Below are positions 1-12,564 of a DNA stretch of 64,000 bases, in pieces; the first letter of the stretch is position 1, and each line of letters opens with the position of its first letter. This stretch comes from Lama glama (Eukaryota). The stretch covers positions 1,240,001-1,304,000 of the forward strand of contig CM052816.1 in the NCBI GenBank assembly GCA_028534125.1, given 5' to 3'. The notes beneath the pieces are model-generated. The model was not told where the DNA came from. It worked only from the letters and a program-made list of their open reading frames with translations, and made no database searches. The translations under genes and the position numbers were made by a program.

Positions 1-617
1 TCGGATGTTTTGCGGGGTGGGGGAGCCATCACTCAGATGTAACTCTGTTGTTTAACGTAGAGTTGGTGTGTATATGCTTCCAGACCTTATTATGATGAAC
101 ACATAAATATACATACCAACATTTTATCCAAAATGGGATCGTACCACATGTGCTGTTTTGGAACTTGCTTTTTACTAAACTTAGAAATGCAAATTTTCTG
201 AAAGATGAATTTACATTGTCAGTGGATAAATAAAAACGAATTTAACAAGAATGTCCTTGATGACTCCTCTGGGTTATGGGAAGATACAAAAGAGGGGAGC
301 TTGAGAGAATAAAGTCCAAATACATATGTACACAATCCAGGAAGTTGAAATTTGCTTATTGCTACCTTATCTCCCAGAACATCTTGCTTATCAGTTTGAG
401 TTAGGTGTTTGCCATGAGAAGACCAATGGAGGGAAGATGAAGGGCTAAGTGCAAGGTTGCTGGGCACCAGGGGTCCCGGGCATGAGCAGATGGGGCTGTG
501 GAGTTTCGAGGTCAACTCAGAACCCCGCCGCAGCTCTTGCCCACCTCCCCCAGCCTCATTTTCTGTCACGCCCTGACTGCTACAACCTCATGATCATCAG
601 AACCCCCCCACACTCAC

Positions 618-716
618 AGTGCTACTTTGCATATATTTTTGCTCTCTACCCGTATTTTCTCTCTGCCATCAATGGTGAAATTTCACTTTCGTGCAATGTT
701 GAATTCAATTGTTTGC
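618..716 (-). other. Candidate 99-nt internal 5'UTR exon of an unidentified minus-strand gene
   Basis: Minus strand has acceptor ctctccttgtag|G at 716 and donor ACT|gtgagt at 618. Stops occur in all three frames. It contains a short uORF (MAERKYG*) and a terminal ATG CAA AGT AGC ACT in weak Kozak context. Confidence 0.5.
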
Positions 717-1129
717 CTACAAGGAGAGCCGAAAGAGCCCCTTGGAGGGCAGAGTGGGTTTCGCGGCAGCAAGAAAGGAGGGGCTGGGTGGGAGAGAGGA
801 AGCTTTTCTTTCCACTCTGAGGTGGGGACAAGATGACCACAGCCTTCCTTGGTGCCACGTTGAGTTCAGCCTCCGTGACCGCGGGGCTGCCGCGCATCTT
901 CAGGTCACACTGGACGTGACCTCCTGCCTCCGGGGCCACGTTCTGTTCTCCAGGTCCCTCTTTCCTGACTCTCTCCAGAACCTTCTGTCAGCCCCGGATG
1001 AGGTGCCTTTGGCTTCTGCCAATGGCTTCTCACTGCAGCCATGGAGCCCCCCAGAGCTGTGAAATATGTTTGTTGCGGCTATTCAGACGTGGGCAGGAAT
1101 GGGTGAATCCATGTTGGTATCAGGGTGAC

Positions 1130-1395
1130 CAGTGTGCGTGTCTCTGTGCTCCTCTGGGCACACTGCCCAGGTGTATTGGTGTCTGTGGTATTGTACCCAG
1201 GAGTCGAGTGCATGTGTGAGAAAGGATGTGTGTATGTGTACGTGTGTGCGGAGACAGATCTGTGCTTTCTCTGTGTATACATGCGGAGTATGGTTATGTC
1301 CTGTGTATATGTGAAAATCAGAGTGCACAGTGCTCAGCTGTGACTGTCTGAGTGTGGGCCTGGATTTATTTGTGCACTGGGATGTGGGAGTGTTT
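1130..1395. repeat. Degenerate TG-rich low-complexity tract
   Basis: Imperfect (TG)n runs; these explain the C/V/H/T-rich spurious ORFs. Confidence 0.7.
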
Positions 1396-1417
1396 ATTTA
1401 CTGAGATGACAGTAGGT

Positions 1418-2000
1418 ATTAGTTGGCTGCCTTAGATTACAAGCAAAAACAAACGAATAATAAGTAACAACCCCCCCAGCAATAAATAAACTTATTATCT
1501 CATATGACTGGAATTCCAGAAGTGAGGAGGGAGGACTCTCAAGTTGACTGATTGCCTTGATCAATAATGTCTTGAAGGGCCTCTGTTCTTTCCACCTCTC
1601 CACTTGCCTAATGCCACATCCTCATGGCCACAGAATGTCTGCGGCATTTCCATACCCCACACTCAGACACTAGGAATCCAGTGACTGGCAAATACATCTT
1701 TGCTTCTGGGGTGACTTTCCTAAGAATGAGGAAGTTTTCCCAGAAGCCCCAAGCCTACTTCCCCCGACATCTCATTGGCTAGAACTAAACATGGTCAGAG
1801 CTGAACCCATCTCTGTTAAGGGCACGAGACCACCAAGTTTGGTTTAAACTCATCAGGATCTCCCTCCTGGGGCAGAGGATGGGATCAGCCTTTCAAAACA
1901 CAAAGCTGCTTGGAAGAAGGGCGGTCAGCTGACAGAGTTCTGCCAGGAAGGAAGAGAAGTGGGGATGGATGTTGGATAGACAGTCTGTAGTGTCTTGCAC
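1418..2000. mobile_element. Ancient ERVL-MaLR (MLT1-like) LTR
   Basis: MLT1-type motifs such as cctcatggccacagaatg and ctcattggctagaact; bounds approximate. Confidence 0.5.
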
Positions 2001-2079
2001 AAAGGTATGTGCAGAGCACGTCTATAAGTGTCCATAAGTCTATGTCTATATGAACATAAGTGAGTATGTAATATGTATG

Positions 2080-2605
2080 GGTGTTGCAATGACTTATTGC
2101 CTAACAAGCCATTCCAAAACGCAGTGGCTAAAAACAGCCAAGTTTTATAATTTCCCATCATTCTGTGGGTCAGAAACTTGGGCAAGGTGTGGCTGGGCCG
2201 GCGTCTGCACCAAATGGCATCACCCAGAGCCACTCACTCACAAAGCTACATCCCGCTAGTAACTAGGCTGGGCTGGAAGGTCTGCAAAGGCTTCCGTCAC
2301 GGGCCTGACACGGCTGTGCCCCTCAGCGTGACTCCTCTCTCTCCGGGTATGACTAGCCTGGGCTTCCTCACAGCATGGCAGCCTCAGGACAGTTGCACGT
2401 CTTCACCTGGAAGCTGACAAAGTCCAACAAGGAGGAAGTAAAAGCTGCCAGCCCTCTTAAAGCCTGGATTCAGAAATCTCAGAACATTGCTTCTCCCACA
2501 GATACTCAAGAGGGAGGAAAGAGAATTTACCTTTTGCTGGTGGAACAGCACGCACATGCAGACAAGGAAAGAATTCATGGCAGCCAGCTTCAGCGATGAT
2601 CTACG
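2080..2605. mobile_element. Ancient ERVL-MaLR (MLT1-like) LTR
   Basis: ccaaaacgcagtggctaaaaacagc, ttctgtgggtcagaaacttggg and gggcttcctcacagcatggcagcc are typical MLT1 motifs. Confidence 0.6.
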
Positions 2606-2694
2606 ACTGTAGGAGTACGTCTTGAACATGGGGGAGGGTTGTATATGAGCGTGCACATTCTTGTTTGCAGGTGTGATTGAAGGATTGTGAGTAT

Positions 2695-2826
2695 GGGGGG
2701 TGTATAGCTCAGTGGTAGGGTGCATGCCTCGCATGCACAGGGTCCTGGGTTCAATCCCCAGTATCTCTATGAAAAGATCAAATAAATAAGTAAACCTAAT
2801 TACCTCCAGCAGGGAAAAAAAAAAGA
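2695..2826 (+). mobile_element. tRNA-Ala-derived SINE (camelid vic-1-like), long-tail form
   Basis: A box tagctcagtgg, B box ggttcaatccc, tail aaacctaattacctcc plus poly(A). Confidence 0.9.
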
Positions 2827-4378
2827 ATTAAGCATTGTGGGTGTGTGTGGCAGCGTGTGTGTAAGTGTGGCTGTGTCCACTTACACATGCACACCTGCTT
2901 ATGTGCATATGTGCACATGCAGGTGGGTAAGTGTGTGTGGATATACACAAGGAAACACACACAAGGAGATGTGTGAATGTGTTCAGGTCCAAGGGTCCAC
3001 CTGGGCCAGGGGCTTGCATGTGTGTGCATACGTAGTAGGGAAAGTTGATGGGGCCAACCTGCTCCAGCTGTGGCCCTCTGTGGCCCTCGCTGAGACCGCA
3101 AATCCTGGCCAAGGCTGGCAATCTAATCATTCCTGGGATCTTGTCCTTGACTGGGAGGCCTTGGGTCCCAGGCAGAAGACTCAGGCCTTATCATAACTCA
3201 ATTCAAATCACACTGCTGGCAGTGGAGGAGGAAAACTATCACTTTGTTTTTTTTTTTAATTTCTTGAGGCCTGGGACATCACTGGCCTCAAACAGCCAAT
3301 GGGAAAGCTTAGCTGCTCCCCGGCTCCAAGAGGGAGCCCCATCCCTGGGGCTGTAAACCGCAGGACAGGATTTCAGGGAGAGCAGGAAGCCGGAGCTCAA
3401 GGCTGCTAGCAGGGTGAGGCCTCCACCCTGGGTAGCCCTGAGCCCTTGGCTTCTCTTTCACTCTCTGCAGCGTGTTTCCCAGTAAAGAAAATATGGCAGG
3501 GCGGGAAGCAGGGAGGGAAAGGCATGTTGCAGTGACTCCTCCATGCAGTTTTACTCTGTCTCCAGAGAGAGCTCTGAAGCACGGACTCCGTGAGCCTTTC
3601 TACAGATGAGGGAAAGGATGCTTGGAAAAGGAGGGAGACTTCCCCGCAGTCACACCCTTTGCAAGGAGCAGAGGTGGGATTTGAACTCCAGTCGGCCTGA
3701 TTCTAGAGTTCCTGGCACCAGACCGGAACATGGATGCTAAAACACCTTGCAGGAGATAAACAACTACTCAACCTACAAGACACAGCCTTCAAAGAAAGCA
3801 CAGTTCAGGCTCGATGGGAGGCCCAGGTCTTCAGCTGGAGCTGATTTTCTCAAAGCCCACCAGATCCTCTCTCAACATTGACTAAAGCCATTCCGGGCTT
3901 CTCAGTCCCGTGAGGATAAAGTTCAAAGCCAGACTCCTTACTGCGACTCACAAAGGCCCAGAGGGGCTGGCTGCTGCCCACCACCCTTGTCTCCTTTGAG
4001 TCAGCCACATGGGCCTCCTCTTTATTCCCTGAATAGACTTATATACATGCCCCCTCTGCCTCGGGCCTTTGCACTTGCTTGGCCTGCTCTCAACTTAAAC
4101 ATCACTTCCTCGCCTAAGGGCATGATAATGGTGTTATGATTCGCTTCTTTTTAAAGAGTCCTTCTCCTTTAGGGATACATAATGAAGTATTTACAGATGA
4201 AATAATAAGATGCCCGAGATTTGTTTCAAAATAATTGGGTGAGGCAGACACAAGTCAGGATGAACCATGTTGCTTGTGGTGGGAGCAGGGGGATGGGTGC
4301 GTGGGGGTCTCTCTGTTTTTGTGTGTTTGAATTCTTTGTGTGTGAGATTTTAAGAGATTGTTCAAGAAAAAATGGAAA

Positions 4379-4530
4379 GGGAGGGGAGGATATCGCTCAA
4401 GTGGTAAAGTGCATGCTTAGCATGTACAAAGTCCTGGGTTCAATTCCCCAGTACCTCCTATAAATAAACAAATAAACCTAAATACCCCCCCAAATAATAA
4501 AATTAATAAACTTTATTTTTAAAAAAGAGT
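4379..4530 (+). mobile_element. vic-1-like SINE, long-tail form
   Basis: tRNA-Ala-like head with ctcaagtgg variant; flanked by aaatggaaa direct repeats. Confidence 0.9.
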
Positions 4531-6103
4531 AAATGGAAAAAAGTCACTTCTTCAGAAAAACCTTTCCAACCCCAGAGGCTCAGTCAGGTCCCCTCTTCTG
4601 TGCAGCCAACACGTCACATCTCCTTGGTGGAATACATAGATGACAAATGGTTGAGTTCAGAGTAAAGAGCTCAGAGGCAGCTCACTGTGTGAACTGGTCC
4701 AGAAAAGGCAGCCCCCTGAAGAGAGGGAGGAGGGAGGGGAGGAAGGGTGACGAAGAAGGGGATGGAGAGGGGAGGTGGAAACCCAGCTGGATTCTCTCCA
4801 ACCCAAATACATCACATCGTATCATCACATCATGTTATATTATATAATTTTTCATTGGCCACCATTTCCTTTCATTAAAAACAGTTTTAAAATTAATTTT
4901 CAAAGCAGGGAATACATTCACATATTTCAATATTTAAGAGTAACAAAAGGGGCTACAAAGAAAAATCTCTCCTCACACCCAGGCCTCCGACCACCCCCCC
5001 CCACCCCGGGGAAGCAAAACCATCAGTTTTGTAAGTGTCCTTCAGAGCAACAGGATGCATATACATGCAAGTATGTATATATTAATATTTGTATCTGTAT
5101 TTCCCCACTTTGTCACACTTTGATATTTTTATTTAATATAGCTTGAGAATGTTTCGCGTTGATACCAAAGAGGCCCTCACCATTTTTCGCAGCTGTCTTG
5201 TATTTCGTTCTATGACTCCACCGTAACATATTTAACCAGGCATCTACTGAAGGGGCGTTCAGGTTACGTCCGATCTAGTGTTATTACAAACAAAGATGCA
5301 GTGAAAAATGTGCGTTATCATACTTCGAGTCTGTAAGATGCCATGTGTAGGACTAAGTTTCCTTAAGTAGAATGTCGAGGCAGAGCTTGTGATAGATCCT
5401 GGCAGACCGTCCTCCGTGAGGGTTCATCGGAGACCACCTCCCCGCTCTCCCCAGCTCTGGGCGGGGCTTGAAGGGAGCGCAGGCGTGGCCAGGCCAGGAG
5501 GAAGGGCGAGACCATTCCCGAGGGAAGCCTACAGCACAAAACACTGGCGAGGTATCTGGGGACGGTCCTGTGACATCAGCTGGTAACCTCTCCTCCAAAT
5601 AAGGGCGCAGCCAGAGGTGGCCTCTGCCCACTACAGCAGCAAGAGTGGGGACCTGAGTATTAGGTGATCCTGGGCCCAGGTTTGCCACCTTGGCTTGGCA
5701 GGTGGCTTTGGGCAGGCTATTTACATAATGATAACGGCTAACACCAGACACCGGGCGCAGTGCTGAGCACGTTGCGTGTGTCACCCCATAGCCCTGAGAG
5801 GCTGGCCAGTCTGCAGCCTGAGCTCAGAGAGGTTAGGGAACCCACTCGAGGTGGTCCAGCACTTAAGGGACAGAGTCAGGATAGGACCCAGGCTTAACAG
5901 TGCTTCACTGCCTCAGCTTACCGCTCAGCGAGGTAAGGCAGTGAGACCCTGACTAAGCCTTTTCCATCTCAGAAGGTCACGTGGCCTGTGGCTGCGCAGT
6001 GAGGGGCTTGGAGAGGAACTGTCTGGGAGTCGGGGGTGGGGATGCGGAGCCCCCTCCACAGAGAAGGCCATGTCCAGCCCCACTTCTTGCAGGAAGGCCT
6101 GAA

Positions 6104-6170
6104 TGAGAGAGAGAGGGAGAGGGAGAGGGAAAGGGAGATGGACCGAGAGAGAGGGAGAGGGAGAGAGAAG
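6104..6170. repeat. GA-rich polypurine repeat
   Basis: (GAGAGG)n-like run. Confidence 0.8.
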
Positions 6171-6750
6171 CCCCAGCGGGTGGGACAGGCGGCAGAGCCC
6201 AGCCCCACCTACCTCTGGCTGCCGGTGCGCCGGGATGCAGTGACCTGCAGCGCCCTCTGGCGGCGCCCTTCGCGCCTGGGACGACTGGGCCAAGGGCAGG
6301 AGGGGCGACTCCCGCGATCGGCTCTGGGCGTCTCCGGGCCGGCCTGCCACTCCTCCCAGGGGTTTTCTTCCTCGGAGATACGCCAGCTTAATAATAGTAA
6401 CAACGAGGCGCTCTCAAAAAGTGGCACAAAGAGACTGCTGAAAGGAGGGAAAGGACTCTTGAAACCATGGGGTCATCATCAGAGTCATGAGGAAATCTGT
6501 CCAAGGGTCCTCCCCACTGTGACCTGAAACATCCTTGCATTTGCCTCTGGTGACCACTTTCGCCTTCCCAGGGCTGTCTGGTCCGCGCCTGCTGCCCCAT
6601 CACCGCGGGCTGAGCCGGCCCTGCCCGTGAGCCTGGCTGAGCCAAAGGCCTCAAAGCCTGTGAGGAGCCCCCGAGCCGCAGCCTGGAGAGGGGCTCCTGA
6701 GACCATCTCGCCGTCCGCTGGTCTGTCTATTCCGTAAGTATTTATGGAGC
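6150..6750 (-). promoter_or_regulatory. CpG-rich island with candidate 5' exon ending at a minus-strand donor (6213)
   Basis: Local CpG enrichment; minus-strand CAGCCAGAG|gtaggt donor. Confidence 0.5.
6250..6263 (-). promoter_or_regulatory. CTCF core motif
   Basis: Minus strand CCGCCAGAGGGCGC fits the CCRSYAGRKGGCRS consensus. Confidence 0.7.
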
Positions 6751-7290
6751 CCCTACTGTGTGCCACCCACATGCGCTCTGGGGCTAAAGACATTAGTGAC
6801 AGGCAAGGAACTGAGATTCCAGGCCACGAGAGGCAGACAACGAAGAAACAAGGTCATCCGTGTGCTCAGAAGTGTTGTGAAGACCCCACAACAGGACGAG
6901 GTGCCAGTGTCTGAGGAGGCCTGTCTGGCAAAGGGCACTTTCATGCTGAGGACACGGGACCTTGGGGGGAGCAGGCAGGGGAACTTCAGGTAAAAGTTGG
7001 ATGTTGAGGACCACGTATGCTTGAAGGCATGCCAGGGGTTTGGATTTGACTACGGGGGCCGAAGAAGTCATCACAGAGGGCTTCCGGCAAGGATGGCGTG
7101 ATCTGATGGGCAGTGTTATTAGGTCATTGCTCTGCCTGCTGGGGAATAAAGGATGGGAAGGGTGAGGGTGGAAGCAGGGGGCAGCCAGGAGGTGACTCCA
7201 GGTCTCCAGATATAAAGAGATGATGCCAAACCAGGGCGGGGAGAGTGGGTTCTGATGAATCTGAGAAGCGTGGTGGACTGGACCTGCTGG
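6730..7290. mobile_element. L2 LINE remnant
   Basis: Degraded L2 3'-region motifs such as aagtatttatggagcccctactgtgtgcc; bounds approximate. Confidence 0.45.
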
Positions 7291-7817
7291 GGGACTGTCT
7301 GGGAGTGGGAGGAGCCAAGACCAGGCCAGTAACACACCCCTCACACCCCTTCCAGCCTGGGTATGGCCACTGAGTCATCTCCCTGGGGTCATTCAGAGCG
7401 GGGCAAAGGACTCATGGCCAGAAGCCCACAGGGCTGTGTCTTGGTGTGCTCAGAGGCTGAGGACCTGGGGCCAGAGGCGCTTCCAGCCTGGCACAGCTCT
7501 CTTCTCTCCCCCTGCACCTGCAGTCTCTCTCTCATTCTGCTCCCAGTCTCTCCCTCCTTCTCTCCCTTCCTTCTCCTGCTCCTTGCCCCCACCTACACAC
7601 ACACACACACACACAGAAACACGTGCGCAGTTTACTGCAGCCTTATCAGAAGGAAGCCTCCAGCAAAGACAAAGGGTCTCCAGGGAGCAAACAAGAGGAG
7701 CTGACTGTGGAGTTTTACCAGGAGGGGGAGGCAGGCTTTGCTGCCTTCCACATCCCACCTCCTGTTCCCGCTGCCGCCACACCACTCTCTAGGCTCCTGC
7801 AGCATTTCCCCTTAGAC

Positions 7818-8033
7818 CCGTGGTTCTCAACTGGAGGCAGTTTTATTTCCTTGGGTCATGCGTCACTGTCTGGAAACATTTTTGGTTGTCATAACTGGGG
7901 GAAGGGTACCACCAGCCTCTACTGGGCGGAGGCCAGGGATGCTGCTAAATATCCTTCGGGGCACAGGACAGCCCCCTGACAAAAGAATGATCTGGCCCCA
8001 AACGTCAACAGTGCTGAGGCTGAAAGAGCCTGG
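7818..8033. mobile_element. MER20-like hAT-Charlie DNA transposon
   Basis: gtggttctcaac ... gtctggaaacatttttggttgtcataactggg ... gaggccagggatgctgctaaa ... tctggccccaaacgtcaacagtgctgagg. Confidence 0.75.
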
Positions 8034-9866
8034 AAGGGACCGTCCTCTTGGTCACAGTCCCACTGTCATCACGTGGTCATTGACCAGGCAGTGGCTCTGT
8101 GGCCACACTGTGCCTGCGTTATCTCTGTCAGTCCCTCAGCCATATGGTGAGATAGGTAATGTCAGCTGCCCAGGGTCCCACAGGCACTGAGAGGCACTAA
8201 AGCCTGTGGCCTCACTGCCCCCCTCTAGTGAAAAGTTTTCACTGGGTGTGTCATTGTTGCTAGCAATGGCTGCTTTGTTTCAAGCGAAGTCCTACTAGGA
8301 AGTCCCACATATAAGAGAAAAATTAGGATGCCTGGGTGGAAGCAGAGTGGGAGTATCAAAGCCCTTGCCCCAACTCCCCCTGTTCCCATCTTCCCCCTGG
8401 TGCCTCCAAGACTATCTCTCCACCCTGGCAGGCCCGCCATGTAGGGATGCACGGGTTGTGCACTGCAGAATTCCAGGGGGACGCCATTCCCACAGGCTAC
8501 GTCGCAGGCTAGTAGGGCTAAGGCAGAGCTACCTTTAGGGCTGGGGTGGCAAATAGGTTTCATCTTTGGGTGCAAACACACACTGCTTAGCAGACAAGGT
8601 ACCATAATTAGCTAATGAAGTCTGGGCCAGGAAGGGGTGTGGGAGTGGCTGTGAATGAGAGTGTCTGCCGTCCCTGTCCTAGGATGGGAAATAGGAAATT
8701 GAATTCGACTGGGAGCTTTCTTGCCCCTCCACACCTCTTGCAACTCATTGGTAGCTCAAAAATGGAGTTCTCAATCCCGCTTTAAAGAACAAACACACAA
8801 GACCTGAGGCTCCATGGCACGCCAGTCGTCCAGAAAGCCCTGGGATTAGGGAACCAGCTGTGCCTCTTCCCCACAACCCCGGCAGGTTTACCTTTTGGGT
8901 GCTCCTGACATTTGTTTTAATCTAGTGTTTCCTAGATTCACGTGTTTGGGCAGAGAGGGCCTTCCTGGGGATGGATTGGAGCCAGAACTGGCAGAATGAG
9001 CCAGATTGGGACTGTCCCTTCTCCAGGTCCCACCCTAGTGTGACATCCCTCCCCCTGAGGGCCCGGACCTCTCCCCATCCTTTGTCAAGCTTTCTGGCAT
9101 CTCAGGCTGTTTGGCCAGGAGGCCCAACAGAGACCCTGCAATAGGGAACAGTGAGCACTGTGTGTTCTCTCTGCAGGGGCCTCCCCAGCTTCCCTGGAAC
9201 CTGGGGATCTTCCAACCTGGGCTGAGTCATCCTGGCCCGCATCTCCTCTCCATCACCTCTGCCTCACCTAGCTACGGAGTGAGGCCAATAATGCCAGAGC
9301 TGACTCTCTCCCTTCCAGCAGGGAGTGGTCGCCATGGTCTGGAAACGCAGCTGCAGGCCTCCCTGGGGCAGGTACCACAAAGAGGAGGGCACCTCTGGGG
9401 AGAAGACGGAGGGAGACGTGTCAGCACCTACCCCTCTGTAACTCCTGAAATGTGTACCATCATAGACTTAGTTAAGAAAAAATTAAAAAGAAAAGGAATC
9501 AGTTTGGGGCTTGGCACTAGAGCCCCTAGGGTGGGGTGGAGGTGCCAGGCCAGCTGCCAACACAGAGAATGGCCATGGCTGTGGGGGGGTGGGGGGGCTC
9601 TTGTCCTGGACAAGAAAGATGAAATTCTGCCTTCCGAGGAAGTCCTCTGTTCATGTATTTGTTCACTCAGGAAGCAAATATTTTTCGAGCTCCTACTTTG
9701 TGCTTAGCGATGCAATGGGTGCTGGTCAAGGTCCCTGCTTCCCTGGAACAACTGGGCCTGAGGGGTGGGGGTGGGGGGCAGGGAGGTGGAGGGACAGGCA
9801 GGGAAACAGGCTGACAGGCAAAGTGATAAGTGCTAGGAGTGGAATCAACTAAAGAAATACCGTCCA

Positions 9867-9977
9867 GGGGGAGGTATAGCTCAGTGGTAGAGTGCGTGCT
9901 TAGCATGCACATGGTCCTGGGTTCAGTCCCCGGTACCTCCACTAAAAATAAATAAAATTAAAAAAAAAAAAGAAAGA
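9867..9977 (+). mobile_element. vic-1-like SINE, short-tail form
   Basis: Near-intact tRNA-Ala(AGC) body plus A tail; 17-bp TSD aaagaaatacc(g/a)tccag at 9851-9867 and 9978-9994. Confidence 0.93.
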
Positions 9978-10458
9978 AAAGAAATACCATCCAGATGGGA
10001 CTTGGGGGATCAGGGAGGCCTCCTGGAGGAAGGGATGTGGAAACTGGATGAAGAATAAATCAGAGCCAGGGAGGGTTGGGGCTTCAGGGGAGAAGGAGGG
10101 TCCAGGTAGAAGGAGCTCTGGGTGAGAGGCCCAGCTCTGGTACAGAGACGATGAGGATTTCTTGTAGGATTCAGGAGCCACGTGGCATCACCTCCAGCTG
10201 CCTTTGAGCCCAGACGGCTTTCAGCAGAACCTGGGCACATCTACCTTGTCTGGCCTTACTGTGTGTGCATACATCTCTGCCTGCGGGGCCAGGGGGTCGC
10301 TCAGCCCAGGACGGGGCATATCTTTGTGGCCGCTCCGCTGGCTGGCACAGGGCCAGGCACATGGCAGGGCTCGATGTCTGTCAAATGGTTCTGGGTCAAG
10401 TTCATGATCTCCCACAGACAGGACAGAGATCCAGGCACAGTGAGTCATTAGTTCACAA

Positions 10459-10958
10459 NNNNNNNNNNNNNNNNNNNNNNNNNNNNNNNNNNNNNNNNNN
10501 NNNNNNNNNNNNNNNNNNNNNNNNNNNNNNNNNNNNNNNNNNNNNNNNNNNNNNNNNNNNNNNNNNNNNNNNNNNNNNNNNNNNNNNNNNNNNNNNNNNN
10601 NNNNNNNNNNNNNNNNNNNNNNNNNNNNNNNNNNNNNNNNNNNNNNNNNNNNNNNNNNNNNNNNNNNNNNNNNNNNNNNNNNNNNNNNNNNNNNNNNNNN
10701 NNNNNNNNNNNNNNNNNNNNNNNNNNNNNNNNNNNNNNNNNNNNNNNNNNNNNNNNNNNNNNNNNNNNNNNNNNNNNNNNNNNNNNNNNNNNNNNNNNNN
10801 NNNNNNNNNNNNNNNNNNNNNNNNNNNNNNNNNNNNNNNNNNNNNNNNNNNNNNNNNNNNNNNNNNNNNNNNNNNNNNNNNNNNNNNNNNNNNNNNNNNN
10901 NNNNNNNNNNNNNNNNNNNNNNNNNNNNNNNNNNNNNNNNNNNNNNNNNNNNNNNNNN
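10459..10958. other. Assembly gap (500 N)
   Basis: Fixed-length N run. Confidence 1.
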
Positions 10959-11114
10959 GCTGTTACAGTGAGCACATAATGAAGCTCAAGGTCTGCTAGA
11001 AGTCAAACCTCTTAATCCTCAAGGCCAACCAGGAGGTGAACCTTCCACCATTTTGGTATTAAATTGCTGTTATTCCTTGATTGGCTGTGCCCTTCCCCCT
11101 TCCCTCCTGTCTCA
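10959..11114 (-). mobile_element. ERV1-type LTR fragment cut by the gap, same family as 34946-35500
   Basis: Shares ataatgaagctcaaggtct...gaagtcaaa and the terminal cctgtctca with the 34946 LTR. Confidence 0.7.
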
Positions 11115-11301
11115 GATTATCGATAAGCACCATCCTTTCACTGGCCTGTCTCCCTGCTGCTTCTGTGAGACCCTGCAGTTTACCCTCCTCTCGGCAGCCA
11201 GGGCCACCAGAAGGTCAGGTCGTGCCTCTCCTCAATACCCTGCTCTGGCTCCCACTTCCCTCTGGGTGAGAGTGGCCAATGATCTGGGTCCTGTGACCTC
11301 T

Positions 11302-11577
11302 TGTCTTAGTCTGTTAGGGCTGCTGTGACCAAATACTGCGGACTGAATGGCTTATAAGCAACGGAAATCTACTTCCCACAGTTCTGGAGGCTGGAAGTGG
11401 GAGGTCAGGGTGCCAGCCTGGGGGACAGGGAGCTCTCTGGGGCCTCCTTTATAAGGGCGCTAATCCCATGCAGGCCATTATGTCCCAATCACTTCTCAAA
11501 GGCCCCTGAGACTTCCACTTTGGGGGGTTAGGACTTTAGCATATGAATTTGGGGAAGACACAGACATTCAACGTAGC
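11302..11577. mobile_element. MLT1A/B-like MaLR LTR
   Basis: tgtcttagtctgttagggctgctg ... cacagttctggaggctggaag ... catatgaatttgggg. Confidence 0.75.
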
Positions 11578-12103
11578 CCCCTTTCAACTCATCTGCTAGT
11601 CCACTCGCCACACCAGCCTGCCCCTGGGGGTCTCCTCTCCCGGGGAAGCTCACCTCTCACCTCCCATGTTGGGTCCCTCCTCAGGGACCACCTCCGCAGG
11701 GCCCAGAGGAGACACTTGTCCTCATTATTAGACAGTCTCCCTCGGGGCCAGAGGGGGCACTGTCGCTGAGGGCAGGAATTTGTGTCTGTACGGCCCTCTG
11801 ATGTGTACTCTGCACCTGGGACCGCGCCTGACACCCAGGAGGCCTTCAGAAGTGTTTTCAGAATAAATGAAACCAAATGCCCTGCAGCCTTCAGGGCCTT
11901 TGCCTTAGCAGTTCCATTCCCCCAGCTCCTTGCAGTTGAAAAGTCAAGGTCTCTTTCCTGTGCTGCAGCCCCTGGCATCTCTCACATTTTCCTGATAACA
12001 CTTATCACCACCTGATAAATTTAGTGGTGTCTCCCCTACCTGGTGGTACAGTGCCTGTCTCCTTGCCCTGCAGTGTTTCCTAGTAGGCACATGCTAATGA
12101 GAT

Positions 12104-12326
12104 CAGGATTTCTTCAGCTCCACACTATTGACATTTGGGACTGGAAAGTTCTTTGTTATGGGGATTATCTGCTGCATTTTGGGATATTTAGCAGCCTCCC
12201 TCGCCTCACCCCACTAAATGCCAATAGCAAAGCTTCTCCCGCACACCAGCTGGGGCACCCCAGAATGTCTCTAGGCATTCACACTGTTCACCTGGGAGCA
12301 AAAATCACCCCTGGTTGAGAACCACT
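12104..12326. mobile_element. MER20-like DNA transposon
   Basis: cactattgacatttggg ... atcacccctggttgagaaccactg. Confidence 0.7.
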
Positions 12327-12434
12327 GAATTAGTTGAAAGAATGGATGAATGAATGAGTGAATGAATGAATGAACTCAATTCTGAGCTCTACCCTGAGCT
12401 CTTTTCTCTACTCCCTAGATTAAAAGTGCTTTCT

Positions 12435-12564
12435 GGAGGTGAGGGTATAGCTCAAGAGGTAGAGCACATACTTAGCATGCGCAAGGTCCGGGTTCAATCC
12501 CCAGTACCTCCTCTGAAAATAAAGAGATAAATAAACCTAATTACCTCCCCATTAAAAAAAAAAG
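12435..12564 (+). mobile_element. vic-1-like SINE, long-tail form
   Basis: TSD aagtgctttc at 12424-12433 and 12565-12574. Confidence 0.92.

Noticed and set aside
5925..7979. Many overlapping 60-180 aa ORFs in GC-rich sequence
   Set aside because: Expected from high GC and simple repeats; most start at non-ATG codons and none resembles a known protein.
9867..9941. Apparent tRNA-Ala(AGC) gene (and the similar copies)
   Set aside because: It has an A-rich tail, a 17-bp TSD, a mutated B box and many diverged siblings, so it is a SINE.
10265..10999. Long ORFs of 175-244 aa (also 29852-30517)
   Set aside because: Artefacts of translating through N gaps.
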